The position numbers and the translations under genes were made by a program. This document shows positions 1 through 9,984 of a stretch of 64,000 nt of DNA, one piece after another (position 1 is the stretch's first letter; each line of letters starts with the position of its first letter). The stretch is from positions 1 to 64,000 of the IMG/VR virus record IMGVR_UViG_3300017917_002466; one strand, given 5' to 3'. The notes under the pieces were generated by a model. That model was not told the origin of the DNA and did no database searches. It saw only the letters and a program-made list of their open reading frames with translations.

Positions 1-205
1 ACTTGTACCCGCATTAATACTTGTACCCGCACTTATAGTAGTTGCACTTAAACTACTGGATTTAATACTTGTACTATCTATTATACTTGTACCCGCATTA
101 ATACTTGTACCCGCACTTATAGTAGTTGCACTTAAACTACTGGATTTAATACTTGTACCCGCATTAATACTTGTACCCGCACTTATAGTAGTTGCACTTA
201 AACTA
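1..205. repeat. Coding tandem repeat, 66-nt unit (1-66, 85-150, partial 151-205) with an 18-nt spacer unit
   Basis: Nucleotide-identical copies; in frame in the 1..474 ORF. Confidence 0.9.
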
Positions 206-474
206 TTAGTATAACTAGTTGCATTAATATATAAATTATTAGAAGCACTTATATTACCAATTGCTGAAATACCAGTATTTAAAGCACTCAATTTAATACT
301 TTCATTTGTATAAGTTAATATACTATGATTATGATGTGTAACATCATTTATAATTTTTGATCCGCTAGTTGGCATTAATTGTGCAAAAGCTGAAAGTAAA
401 TTAAATTCTCTTTGTGACCAATCTACTGGTTCACCTGGTTGATTTAAACTATATTGATTAACTAATTGTGACAT
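1..474 (-). CDS. Ser/Thr-rich repetitive virion (fibre-like) protein, runs off window edge
   Basis: Not in ORF track. Manual translation from ATG at 474 (RBS TAGGAGG upstream): MSQLVNQYSLNQPGEPVDWSQREF...SLSATTISAGTSINAGTSIKSSSLSATT..., open to base 1. Confidence 0.8.
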   Translation of the reverse strand, partial: MSQLVNQYSLNQPGEPVDWSQREFNLLSAFAQLMPTSGSKIINDVTHHNHSILTYTNESIKLSALNTGISAIGNISASNNLYINATSYTNSLSATTISAGTSINAGTSIKSSSLSATTISAGTSINAGTSIIDSTSIKSSSLSATTISAGTSINAGTS

Positions 475-507
475 ATTGAAAATCCTCCTATCTAAATATC
501 TAATTAA

Positions 508-515
508 TATTTATA
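508..515 (-). promoter_or_regulatory. T4-type late promoter TATAAATA
   Basis: Exact consensus upstream of the 474 start; gp55 encoded in window. Confidence 0.7.
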
Positions 516-517
516 CA

Positions 518-1402
518 TTACCATTCATTCGAACCAGTTATAGTGATATTTTTTCCTAAAATCATATAATTAAAATCTTGTTTATTAGCTGACCAAGAAG
601 GCCAATGAATAGGAACATTCCATTTATATTGTATATTAGAAGATGAAGTTATTATAACTGTTCCTGATAATTGACTAAGATTTATAGATGGTACTGTATT
701 CCAATTCCATATTGCTGAAATAGCTGAAACTGGAGTTTTTATAAAACCATTTATTCCATCCTGAAAGTTTTGTGATTGAATATAAATTATAGAATCTTTA
801 ATCTGTAATAATGTTGGTTCTCTAAAATCAACATCTAAAATTTTATTTGAACTATCATCTGAAATAATTGTTGAACCAAAAATTCCAAAATATCTTTGTA
901 CATCTCCACAATAATTATTTCTACAATATCCATATCCTACTATTAAAGGAGTTGCTGATGAACTTGGAAAAGACCTTAAAGAAATTCTTTCTGCTTTAAT
1001 AAAACTTGTTTCAATAGCTGAAGTATAAAGCATTATATTTGGAGTGATTTCTTGAACTTCGCTAGAATTTCTAGTATAGTCTGAAACTATAATTCCTCCA
1101 TTAATTTCAATTACTCCATTTAAAGCAATTCTATTTAAAGAATCATATATTGACCAAGGCCCATAAGCAGATAAATCCCAAGCTAAAAGTTTAATTTGAA
1201 AATCAGTATCTTCTTTAAAACTCTTGTTTCCACTAGGGGAACTTGTAATATTCTTTGATCCTCTCAAATATATGTTATCACCATTAGCTACTGTTCCACC
1301 GGAACCACTAACATCGGCGTAAAACTGTAACCAAGTCCAAGGACTTCCAATTGTTCCTGAACCATTTGAAGATGCGCTTAAATTTACATAATAGTTTGAC
1401 AT
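518..1402 (-). CDS. Putative virion structural protein (beta-rich; N-terminal YYVN...GSGT.GSPW motif)
   Basis: ORF in structural operon; shares motifs (GSP/NPxxW, AWDLSAYGPW) with the adjacent 797-aa protein. Confidence 0.55.
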   Translation of the reverse strand: MSNYYVNLSASSNGSGTIGSPWTWLQFYADVSGSGGTVANGDNIYLRGSKNITSSPSGNKSFKEDTDFQIKLLAWDLSAYGPWSIYDSLNRIALNGVIEINGGIIVSDYTRNSSEVQEITPNIMLYTSAIETSFIKAERISLRSFPSSSATPLIVGYGYCRNNYCGDVQRYFGIFGSTIISDDSSNKILDVDFREPTLLQIKDSIIYIQSQNFQDGINGFIKTPVSAISAIWNWNTVPSINLSQLSGTVIITSSSNIQYKWNVPIHWPSWSANKQDFNYMILGKNITITGSNEW

Positions 1403-1405
1403 ATT

Positions 1406-3799
1406 TTATCCACTTGTAATGTACTGATTTCTGTAATATCCAAATAATCCTGTTTCGTAATTTAGGAAATTTGGTGCATTCTTACCTGGATTTGGTGGAA
1501 TTGTTATTTCATTAAAAGGACGAAGCTTTTTCTTATTAGTTCTAATATAGTTAATATCTTTATCATACAAATCATTATTTGGAGTGAATGGATAATCAGT
1601 AGGAGAATTCCATTCATATTGACAATTTTCATCAGCACAAGTTTTGAAATTAGCACTTATATCTACTGCTTTTCTATTAAATGTACTATTATATCTTGCA
1701 ACAGAGCAAGCACTAAAATCTGATGAGGTAATAGTTGTAAAATTAGTAATAACCGAATCAGTTATTTCCATAATATATGAAGATGCACTAACTGCCGAAA
1801 AAGTATTTGAATCAAAATTATCTTTCCAACCATTTCCACTACTAATATATAAAGTTGATCCTATTATACTTGAAGAAGCACTTGGTACAATTCCTCCAAG
1901 GTCTCCACAATAATGACTAAAATATGGATCAATAATAATTTTTGAATATTTTCCTTGATAAACTATAAAAGTATTATATAAATTACTTAATGTAATTTGA
2001 CCACCAGCACTAAGTGAGCTAAATATCTTATTATAAATAATTCCATTTTTAAGAGTACATCCTGCTGCTGAAAGTATTGTATTTCCATCAATATTAGTAA
2101 AATCTTTTATTTCTAATACCCAAGGTCCATATGCAGAAACATCCCAGTCTCTAATAGTAAAATTTTTTCTACGGTCAATATTTAAAACTTTTCTATTTGA
2201 ACTAGAAGCTGAAAGTACTCTTGAACCGCTTAACCTGAATGTATCTGCATACTCTCCACTAGTTTCAACCATCCCTTTAAATTCATTCCAGTTAAATGGA
2301 TTAGCTGATGTTCCAGAATTATTAGCACATACATCATATCCCGAAGTAATATTTACAAAATATTCAACTCCAGATAAATAAATTTTTAAAAATATATCAG
2401 TAGAAATATTAATTGATGAATCTACAGCTGCACTTGCTGTAATATATGGATTTTTAGTACCTGATGTTAAATAATATTCGGTTGGAGAAACTTCTGTTGA
2501 TGATGTACCATTATCAAAATACCAATAATAATTTCCAATTGCTAAACCATCAGAAGAAGCTGCAAATGTTAAATTAGTTAATACTTTTGTACTTCCAAAA
2601 TTTATAGAAATATTTTTACCATTTTGGTCAAAAATATATGGAGTTATATTAAAAGGACCAACAATTATATAAGTAGAAATATTTTTATTATACCATTCAT
2701 TAAATGAAATAATTGATACTGATACATTATATTTATTAGATGCAGAATATGTATGAGATTGTACAGTATTTGTACTAATAGCTGAAATAATTCCATCATT
2801 AAAATTATATGTTGCCGAAGAAGCACTAAAAATAATAAAAGGATTATTACCACTTAAAATAAAACTAACAGGATTTAAAGAAGGTTCATATGCTGTATTA
2901 GCTGATATAGATACTCCACTAATCTCTGGAAAATAAAGGGCGCCAATACCATCTCGTCGTCCACTCATCCAAGTATTAGTATAAAATTTATTTCCTGTTG
3001 CTGAAATAGTAGAAAAAGATGCACTAAGATAATTTAATTGAGAAGTAATATTAATTGCTGAGACTGCACTACTAAAAATTGATGGTCTTGTCCAAGAACT
3101 TTGAATATTAGACCAAGTAGTATTGGATTCTAAATAATTAGTAAAAGCCGATGTTGCACTCGTAAAAGTACAATTATCAATTATAATAGTACCCATATTA
3201 TCAGCTGTCGTTGCCTTAAAATCTGCAATATCAAAAATATTATTAACTAAACTCATTGTCATATTATCTGTTGGAAGAACTGGATCATCAAAAGAATATC
3301 CTTCTAATTTTCCATCCGAAATAACAATAGAGTTTCTTACCAATAAAGCCGTTAAACGACTAAATTTGGCAATACTATTGATCTTCAAATAACAGTTATC
3401 AATAGTTACTGTACCATAATTTCTTGTAAGAATTCTATGAGCACTATCTAAGAAAGCATTATTTGTGGCCGAGCATTTTGCTTGAATTAATAAATCTGTT
3501 ACATTAAATAATGGAGTTTCAAGTTCAAAATAAATACCTTCAGTTGAGTATATTATTGCTGGATTATTTTTATTCCAAGAATAAAAATTAATAGCATTAA
3601 TTGCCGAAAGCGTTATAAATGAGTCTGTATTAAGTGATCTAACTCCAGAAAGATAATAGTTATTTTCAGTAATAATTCCAATATTACTACCACCAGAAAG
3701 TTCAGTTAAAAATTGAGTCCAGTTTAATGGATTACTAGTTGAACCATCTCCATTTGATGAGTAACTATTACTTAGATAAACATATCTATTAGTTGCCAT
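1406..3799 (-). CDS. Virion structural protein with PKD-like domains and two GTSxNPxNW modules
   Basis: PKD-like YxWxFDNG and HTY..S.KYNVSV segments; duplicated N-terminal module; lies after gp6. Confidence 0.6.
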   Translation of the reverse strand: MATNRYVYLSNSYSSNGDGSTSNPLNWTQFLTELSGGSNIGIITENNYYLSGVRSLNTDSFITLSAINAINFYSWNKNNPAIIYSTEGIYFELETPLFNVTDLLIQAKCSATNNAFLDSAHRILTRNYGTVTIDNCYLKINSIAKFSRLTALLVRNSIVISDGKLEGYSFDDPVLPTDNMTMSLVNNIFDIADFKATTADNMGTIIIDNCTFTSATSAFTNYLESNTTWSNIQSSWTRPSIFSSAVSAINITSQLNYLSASFSTISATGNKFYTNTWMSGRRDGIGALYFPEISGVSISANTAYEPSLNPVSFILSGNNPFIIFSASSATYNFNDGIISAISTNTVQSHTYSASNKYNVSVSIISFNEWYNKNISTYIIVGPFNITPYIFDQNGKNISINFGSTKVLTNLTFAASSDGLAIGNYYWYFDNGTSSTEVSPTEYYLTSGTKNPYITASAAVDSSINISTDIFLKIYLSGVEYFVNITSGYDVCANNSGTSANPFNWNEFKGMVETSGEYADTFRLSGSRVLSASSSNRKVLNIDRRKNFTIRDWDVSAYGPWVLEIKDFTNIDGNTILSAAGCTLKNGIIYNKIFSSLSAGGQITLSNLYNTFIVYQGKYSKIIIDPYFSHYCGDLGGIVPSASSSIIGSTLYISSGNGWKDNFDSNTFSAVSASSYIMEITDSVITNFTTITSSDFSACSVARYNSTFNRKAVDISANFKTCADENCQYEWNSPTDYPFTPNNDLYDKDINYIRTNKKKLRPFNEITIPPNPGKNAPNFLNYETGLFGYYRNQYITSG

Positions 3800-3801
3800 T
3801 C

Positions 3802-6486
3802 TTACCTCTTATATTCATAAGTCAGTTGTATATTAATTTTAACTATTTCATTACCAAGAGAATATCCTCCCTTGATAGGCTTCTGATCTGTACTAACTTG
3901 TTCGTCTTTAGCAATATTTCCAAGAGTATCAATTAGGTTATATCTTATAATTTCAAGATAATCTTTTCTAATATCACTTAAAAGATTAATAAAATCATCT
4001 GAATTTGCAAAAATATCTTGGTCATTTGTTATTAATGATAAATAAAGATTTTTTCCAAAAACTTCAAGAAAAGTTCTTTCCGTTATTTCTCTATTCCATT
4101 TAAATGAATATGACTGATTTGTTTTATTTCCATAAACTATTAATTTTTCTTGTGCTCCACTTGTGTCTTCTTGATTAGTACCACTAATATATGCGGAAAG
4201 AGTTTGATTAACAGTAGTATAAATTATACTTCTATTAGCACTATCTTGCTTTTCAATAGAGGGATGACTGATTCCATTATAAAATAATCCACCAGCTGGA
4301 TTAACTGGAACTTCAGGAACAAATTTAATATCAGCATAAAAAACTGATGGAAATTGTTCAATTAGTTCAATAACATTAGATGTATAAATCTCCTTATTAA
4401 AATCTGCATTATCTTCAAACCATTTATAAACCGCATCTTCAATATTTGTCTTTTCGACTTGCTTATCATATAAATCTTTTAAAAATACTTTTCCAATTAA
4501 ATTCATTGACTGAATAATTGGGCTTATATAAATATTTCTAATAGTTACTTGACTTCTTTTATCAAGTTCCTCAACAACATCAATTATCTTTTTACTTAAA
4601 CTTCTATCAGTAGTAACTTCAAAAGAAGCAGCTGAATTAAGTCCCATATCAGAAGCTCCAGTGCCTTCTATTGAATAAATATAAGCGGGAGTATCTAAAT
4701 CGTGAGTAACTATAAACTTTCCAACATCAGCACTATAAGAAACTACTATATTTGGAAAAGCATCACTATTATAATTTGCATTTTTAACTATACTAGTTCC
4801 TCTTAAATCTTTAATACTTTGTAATTTTAAAGTAACTAAAGATGCAAGAAGATTGAGTCCTTCATCATTATTAGTAGTATCATTGTATGCGCTCAATCCT
4901 CTTACATCAACAAAAACTTCAGTTGATGCACTAAGAAGTGGATTATTAGCTACAATACTTGAAGAATATTTAATAGTTAAAGGCATACTCTCACCAAAAG
5001 TTCCTGCAAAATATGGAGCAGTTTTTTCAACTTGATCTCCCATTATTTTCCAAATAAAAGTAGTAGTTGTATATTCTTTAAGTTGTTCAACTAAACTGCT
5101 TTGATCTGTTGCATATCCTTTAGTAAAAACATTAAAATAATTTCTTTGATTTAATTCATCGTCGTCGTATCCATAATCCAAAACAGCAGTATCTAATCCT
5201 GTTTCTTTTGTCTTTACAAAATATGGAGATTTAGTTAAATCATAAAGAGAACCTACAACACTAAAGAAAACTACGTTAAACATTCTCATTAATGCAGTCT
5301 TTCCTCTTTCTTTAAGCTCTTCTTGTTCTCCCCAAGCAATTGCGTTCTTTACATTAATTGGACTTGTTAAGGACTTCAAATAGTTTACATAGTCTCTCTT
5401 TGAAACAAGCCTATCAAGTGTATAATAAATGTTAGGAGCATTGACTCGAATAGATTCAATATCTTCCATATCCGAACCACCAGTAATATTACTTTCAAAA
5501 TAGAAAGTTATATTACTTGTAATATCTTTTCCATTACTATCAAATACTTTACCTGAAAACTGAATCTTTTTATCCTTAACTCCTACCTGATTAGCTTCGG
5601 AACCTTTTGTCGCAAAATATTGAACATAAACATTATCATTAGAAGTTGCTGGAGCTTGTCCTGATGTACTTGCTCCTAGTTGAGTAAATCTACCATCACC
5701 GAATAAAATTTCAACTCCTTCAGTAATAGCTGTTCTTACAACACAAACTTTTTCTGCTACTCCAATAGTAGCTGCATCAATAACTTCCCAGTCAATTAAA
5801 GACCTTCTATTAATACCATATTCTGTTTCATCATTTTTAACGTCACCGACCCATACTTTAGTAATCGGATAATCATAATCATCTTCTCCATATCTATTAC
5901 TAAATTCAGTATCTTCTATTCTATAAATCTGGAAAGTTGAACCTACTTGTGAGTTAGTGGCTCCATCAATAAATTTTTCCTTAATCTCTCCTTGAATAAG
6001 TTCAATTTTATCTCCATTATAATCCTTGGTGATAAAATCAGTTTCTGAATTTTCTGGTAGTGGAGGTAAATCATCGACATTAATTGTCAAAGAATTTTTT
6101 AAAACAAATTTAATTCCATTATATGAAAACACTGCGTGTGCAGGAATTTGAATTGTACCATTACTACTTAAATCTTGTAATGGTCCTTTTATCTTTAGCT
6201 TAATAGTAGCTTCAGCAGGGATTGGTCTTTGAATAACATATCCAAGAGAACGAGCAAGCAACATAACGGAACTGCGAAGACGTGCAGTATCAAAGAAAGA
6301 TTCTTCGGCTCTTCTTTCAAGATTGTAGTTAATAATATCAACTGTTCCTGCGAAAATTTCTACAAGAGTCTGTGCGATAGCCGATTCTCTAAAGTTAGCA
6401 AATCTTTCGTCTGAGTTTAGTTTATCTGTTACTTGACGTACAATTTCATCATACGTCAAACCAGAATACTTCAAGAAGTTTTTCAT
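3802..6486 (-). CDS. gp6: Baseplate wedge subunit (T4 gp6-like)
   Basis: N-terminal ..NYNLERRAEESFFDTARLRSSV..LARSLGY, GGSDMEDIESIRVNAP..RLVSKRDY; follows gp25. Confidence 0.9.
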   Translation of the reverse strand: MKNFLKYSGLTYDEIVRQVTDKLNSDERFANFRESAIAQTLVEIFAGTVDIINYNLERRAEESFFDTARLRSSVMLLARSLGYVIQRPIPAEATIKLKIKGPLQDLSSNGTIQIPAHAVFSYNGIKFVLKNSLTINVDDLPPLPENSETDFITKDYNGDKIELIQGEIKEKFIDGATNSQVGSTFQIYRIEDTEFSNRYGEDDYDYPITKVWVGDVKNDETEYGINRRSLIDWEVIDAATIGVAEKVCVVRTAITEGVEILFGDGRFTQLGASTSGQAPATSNDNVYVQYFATKGSEANQVGVKDKKIQFSGKVFDSNGKDITSNITFYFESNITGGSDMEDIESIRVNAPNIYYTLDRLVSKRDYVNYLKSLTSPINVKNAIAWGEQEELKERGKTALMRMFNVVFFSVVGSLYDLTKSPYFVKTKETGLDTAVLDYGYDDDELNQRNYFNVFTKGYATDQSSLVEQLKEYTTTTFIWKIMGDQVEKTAPYFAGTFGESMPLTIKYSSSIVANNPLLSASTEVFVDVRGLSAYNDTTNNDEGLNLLASLVTLKLQSIKDLRGTSIVKNANYNSDAFPNIVVSYSADVGKFIVTHDLDTPAYIYSIEGTGASDMGLNSAASFEVTTDRSLSKKIIDVVEELDKRSQVTIRNIYISPIIQSMNLIGKVFLKDLYDKQVEKTNIEDAVYKWFEDNADFNKEIYTSNVIELIEQFPSVFYADIKFVPEVPVNPAGGLFYNGISHPSIEKQDSANRSIIYTTVNQTLSAYISGTNQEDTSGAQEKLIVYGNKTNQSYSFKWNREITERTFLEVFGKNLYLSLITNDQDIFANSDDFINLLSDIRKDYLEIIRYNLIDTLGNIAKDEQVSTDQKPIKGGYSLGNEIVKINIQLTYEYKR

Positions 6487-6496
6487 CTAAATCCCC

Positions 6497-6892
6497 TTAT
6501 GTGTTGCTAATAATCTTCTTTTTAAAAGTACTTTTAATACCAGTTCTTTTAATAATATATGGAATAATAATTATAATATAATGAGCATCTATATTTGCAA
6601 CTATTCTCATTTGGCTTTCAACTAAAGTAACTCTATCTTCCCATTTCTTAATTGCATCTGCTACTTCATTAAGTATATCTTCAGCTTCTTCTGGTGAAGC
6701 AATATTAAAGATTCTATATTGAAGTCCATAACCAAAGGTATTATTGAAAATTCTTTCACCCGGTAATGTACCAAGAATCATTTCAATGCTTTGATTTATA
6801 CAATCTGCATCCCATATTTCACCAACATCAATAGGGTTCTTATCAATGTCATAAGCCCATCTTTCTGAAATATTTCTTATTATTTTAGCCAC
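6497..6892 (-). CDS. gp25: Baseplate wedge subunit (gp25-like)
   Basis: INQSIEMILGTLPGERIFNNTFG...IKKWEDRV gp25/GPW signature. Confidence 0.9.
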   Translation of the reverse strand: MAKIIRNISERWAYDIDKNPIDVGEIWDADCINQSIEMILGTLPGERIFNNTFGYGLQYRIFNIASPEEAEDILNEVADAIKKWEDRVTLVESQMRIVANIDAHYIIIIIPYIIKRTGIKSTFKKKIISNT

Positions 6893-6931
6893 TTTAATAT
6901 TCCCTATAAGTCATTTACTTATATTTATCTT

Positions 6932-7669
6932 TTATTTAAAACTTACTGTTCCAGTTGATGCACCAACATAAGCTATTCCATTTGGAACCGTAGTTGTATC
7001 TGGTGTTCCAGCATCAACAGTGGATACAATATTTCCATTTAATCCTTGATAGATATATTTTCCAATAATATTCCAAACTTCTTTATATCCTTTTCCAGTT
7101 GGTTTTCCTTCACTGTCTACAAATTCTATTGCTGACGTTTCATTTAGACAAGACTCGGCTAAATTTACTGGAATAAAATTAGGAAAAGTTATTGTTCCTA
7201 CTCCTGTAACTGTCGAAAGATAAGATACTGGATTAACTGTTATATCTATTACTGGTCCTGTTACATTTGAAACTTTAGGTAACCATAACAAAATGTCATT
7301 AAAAAGAGTTGTCATATTTATTAAAGCATCTGTCACTGTAGAAGTTAAAGTATTACTAAATAATATTGATAAAATATTATAAGAAAAAACTGTTATATTT
7401 CCTTCTACAGCATAATTAGCAACTGGTAATGTTGCTCCTGGGGGTGGTGGAGAAAGAGTTATAGCTCCAGTAGTTTTAACATCAAATGTATATTCATTAG
7501 AAATATACTCATATAATCCTTCAGTAATTGCTTCCTGCCATCTAATTTTGAAGGTTGACATAAGAGATTGAGAAGGCGGATTATCCCCCATTTGATTTAT
7601 AAAATCATCAGTAACATCTTTAATCTTTTCTGTAATATATTTAGAAATTAAATCGCCTTTTTCTACCAT
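6932..7669 (-). CDS. Hypothetical baseplate-region protein
   Basis: ORF track 6932..7693; start reassigned to ATG 7669 after RBS AAGGA. Confidence 0.6.
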   Translation of the reverse strand: MVEKGDLISKYITEKIKDVTDDFINQMGDNPPSQSLMSTFKIRWQEAITEGLYEYISNEYTFDVKTTGAITLSPPPPGATLPVANYAVEGNITVFSYNILSILFSNTLTSTVTDALINMTTLFNDILLWLPKVSNVTGPVIDITVNPVSYLSTVTGVGTITFPNFIPVNLAESCLNETSAIEFVDSEGKPTGKGYKEVWNIIGKYIYQGLNGNIVSTVDAGTPDTTTVPNGIAYVGASTGTVSFK

Positions 7670-7679
7670 TATGAAATCC

Positions 7680-8441
7680 TTATGGAGTTCCACCCGTTGC
7701 TTTATTAGTTTGATGAGGAGCGCCAGTTATAACACAACTTGGAAGTAAACACATTGGTCCGATTCCACCATTAGGTGATGGAGTCCCGTGAATTAATAAA
7801 GACGCTGTTCCTTTAATATCAACAGTATTAGATGCTTCAATATTAATATTAGCGCTTCCCTTTATTGTAATATCTTTAGTTACTGTTTCTTTAACTTCCC
7901 CTTCAATAGTTTCAGTCTTATCCTTTTTAATAGTAATTTCAACACTTCCATCTTTCTTTATAAGAACCTTAGTTCCTGAATTATGATTGAAAGTTGTTTC
8001 TTTAGTCTTTCTATTGATAGTAAAGTAATCTCCTTCATCCATTTCCCACATTACTACGTTGTCAGGATAGTCAGTATCTTTCTGTATTGGCTGCTTACTT
8101 TTTCTTACTGCTTTTGTTATATAGTGCGGAAGGTAAATATCTCCTTTATCAAAATAGACATTAACAATTGCATCAACTGGTGGAACAGTAAAATTACCTA
8201 CCAAGCTACCTACAAAAGAAAAGTCAGGCAATGCCCACGGTAAATCTGCATCTGGTATATCATCCCCATAAATGCTATAAACTCTTATTTGACACTTACC
8301 CTCCTTGTCTTTATCATTATTATTTACTACTATACCCGTGTAGATGTAATTTTCTTGATCTTCAATATCTTCATCTAAAAAATCTTTAATATTTTCATCC
8401 AAAGATTTACCCGATCTAATTCTTACTTCATTGTCTATCAT
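7680..8441 (-). CDS. gp5: Baseplate central spike (gp5-like OB fold plus short beta-helix, no lysozyme)
   Basis: YTGIVVNNNDKDKEGKCQIRV...LPWA...VPPVDAIVNVYF gp5 OB motif; C-terminal CLLPSCVITGAPH putative metal-binding tip. Confidence 0.8.
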   Translation of the reverse strand: MIDNEVRIRSGKSLDENIKDFLDEDIEDQENYIYTGIVVNNNDKDKEGKCQIRVYSIYGDDIPDADLPWALPDFSFVGSLVGNFTVPPVDAIVNVYFDKGDIYLPHYITKAVRKSKQPIQKDTDYPDNVVMWEMDEGDYFTINRKTKETTFNHNSGTKVLIKKDGSVEITIKKDKTETIEGEVKETVTKDITIKGSANINIEASNTVDIKGTASLLIHGTPSPNGGIGPMCLLPSCVITGAPHQTNKATGGTP

Positions 8442-9640
8442 AGTGTTTCAACTCCATAGTTCTTAACATCAGGACTCTTCTCCATACCATTTCTTCCAAG
8501 AGCTAACTTCTTCTTATATATTCCACCATTAGAAACTTCGTGTTGGACTCCTGCTACTAAGTAGAATCCTGACATAGCTTCATTGGATTCTTCTTCTGCA
8601 AGCATAGATGGAATATCAACAAATATCTTATCCATTAAACTTACTTTACTAAGTGCATTAATATTCAAAACAAGAGAATTAGCAAAAAAGTTATTCTTCA
8701 AAAACTGATTTCTTAATTCTGATTCAAAATATTCTTCTCCATAAATATTGGCTTCAATCATATCAATATTAAATTGTCTTATGACTGGTTTACCTGCAAT
8801 TTCTTTGTTTCTAAAAGAAAGAGCCGTCATTTTTGGAATCTTACTATAAGTCTTTTGAATGCTTTCTTCAAGATTCCAATAGTTAAACTCAAAACCATAC
8901 CCAATTCTTTTATTAAAAAAACCTGAATTATTTACCATACTATATGAAGTAAACCAAATAGTATCGTCTTTATCTTCATCATCTTTAATGTTTCTTTCAT
9001 AGTTCTCTACACTAAATTTAGACTTCTTCGTATCTTTTCTTCCTATACTAGAATTTAAAGAATTAAGCACAAATTTATTATCAGTAGTTGCATAGAACAT
9101 TAACATATCATCTGGGACATATGATCTTCTAAGTACGTGTCTAATGAAATCAAAATTACTTTGGCTATTTTGAATCCACGTCATATTATCAGATGGAGTA
9201 ATATTAAATGGATTTGAAAACGGAATATTAGATTCATTCGCTATTGTAGATAAAACTAAAGAAGAATTTTGTTTTGAGAAGCTTCTTGTTCTCAATGTAA
9301 ACATATCGCTTGCTTTAAGAAATCCATTCAAATTAACAAAAGACCTTCTATTATCTCCTGCAATTGAAACTGTATAATCATTCAAAGAAAATGTAAGTCT
9401 TAATGGGTTTTCATCGTCTTCATTCTTGCCTAAAGTGACTTGAATATCCTCTCCATCTTCAAGAGGAAAGGTTTCCATAAGAAATCCATTATCTGCAAAC
9501 TGAATCTCTATGTACGGAAGTGGATTGAAAATCCATTCTCGGATAATCAAGTACGATATGTTAAGTGGATTGTACTTGTTTCCTTTGATAGTAAGTTCAA
9601 GATAAAATTGTTGGCCAGGTAGTTGTCCATATTCTGACAT
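8438..9640 (-). CDS. Baseplate hub protein (gp27/late control D-like)
   Basis: Position between gp53-like and gp5-like genes; size; C-terminal SGFYLVAGVQHEV...LALGRNG motif. Confidence 0.65.
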   Translation of the reverse strand: MSEYGQLPGQQFYLELTIKGNKYNPLNISYLIIREWIFNPLPYIEIQFADNGFLMETFPLEDGEDIQVTLGKNEDDENPLRLTFSLNDYTVSIAGDNRRSFVNLNGFLKASDMFTLRTRSFSKQNSSLVLSTIANESNIPFSNPFNITPSDNMTWIQNSQSNFDFIRHVLRRSYVPDDMLMFYATTDNKFVLNSLNSSIGRKDTKKSKFSVENYERNIKDDEDKDDTIWFTSYSMVNNSGFFNKRIGYGFEFNYWNLEESIQKTYSKIPKMTALSFRNKEIAGKPVIRQFNIDMIEANIYGEEYFESELRNQFLKNNFFANSLVLNINALSKVSLMDKIFVDIPSMLAEEESNEAMSGFYLVAGVQHEVSNGGIYKKKLALGRNGMEKSPDVKNYGVETL

Positions 9641-9975
9641 TAACTTGCTCTCCTTTTCCTGACTTCAGTATACCAATCTTCAATATCTCTAATATCTGGA
9701 ACTTCAATTACATCACCTACTACTAAATCGTTCCACCAATCCATAATAGTTGGATTGGCTTTAGCTAGAACCCACCAATAGTTTTCCTTACCATAAAGCT
9801 TTATTGAAAGTAAATCTGGTCTTTGAATATAAGAACGACCAACTGTAAAGAAGGTCATTGGTCTTTTGATTTCAAATAAATCCCAATCGTTATCAATCAA
9901 ATCCTTTTCTAGGATTCCATCAACAACAGCATCTTGTAAAAAGTTAGTTCTTCTATACTTATTTTGAAAAGACAT
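9640..9975 (-). CDS. gp53: Baseplate wedge protein, gp53/LysM-like
   Basis: RPDLLSIKLYGKENYWWVLAKAN...GDVIEVP. Confidence 0.8.
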   Translation of the reverse strand: MSFQNKYRRTNFLQDAVVDGILEKDLIDNDWDLFEIKRPMTFFTVGRSYIQRPDLLSIKLYGKENYWWVLAKANPTIMDWWNDLVVGDVIEVPDIRDIEDWYTEVRKRRAS

Positions 9976-9984
9976 TTTATCACC

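Noticed and set aside
1-205. CRISPR-like array
   Set aside because: Units are in-frame multiples of 3 inside an ORF with no unique spacers, so this is a coding tandem repeat.
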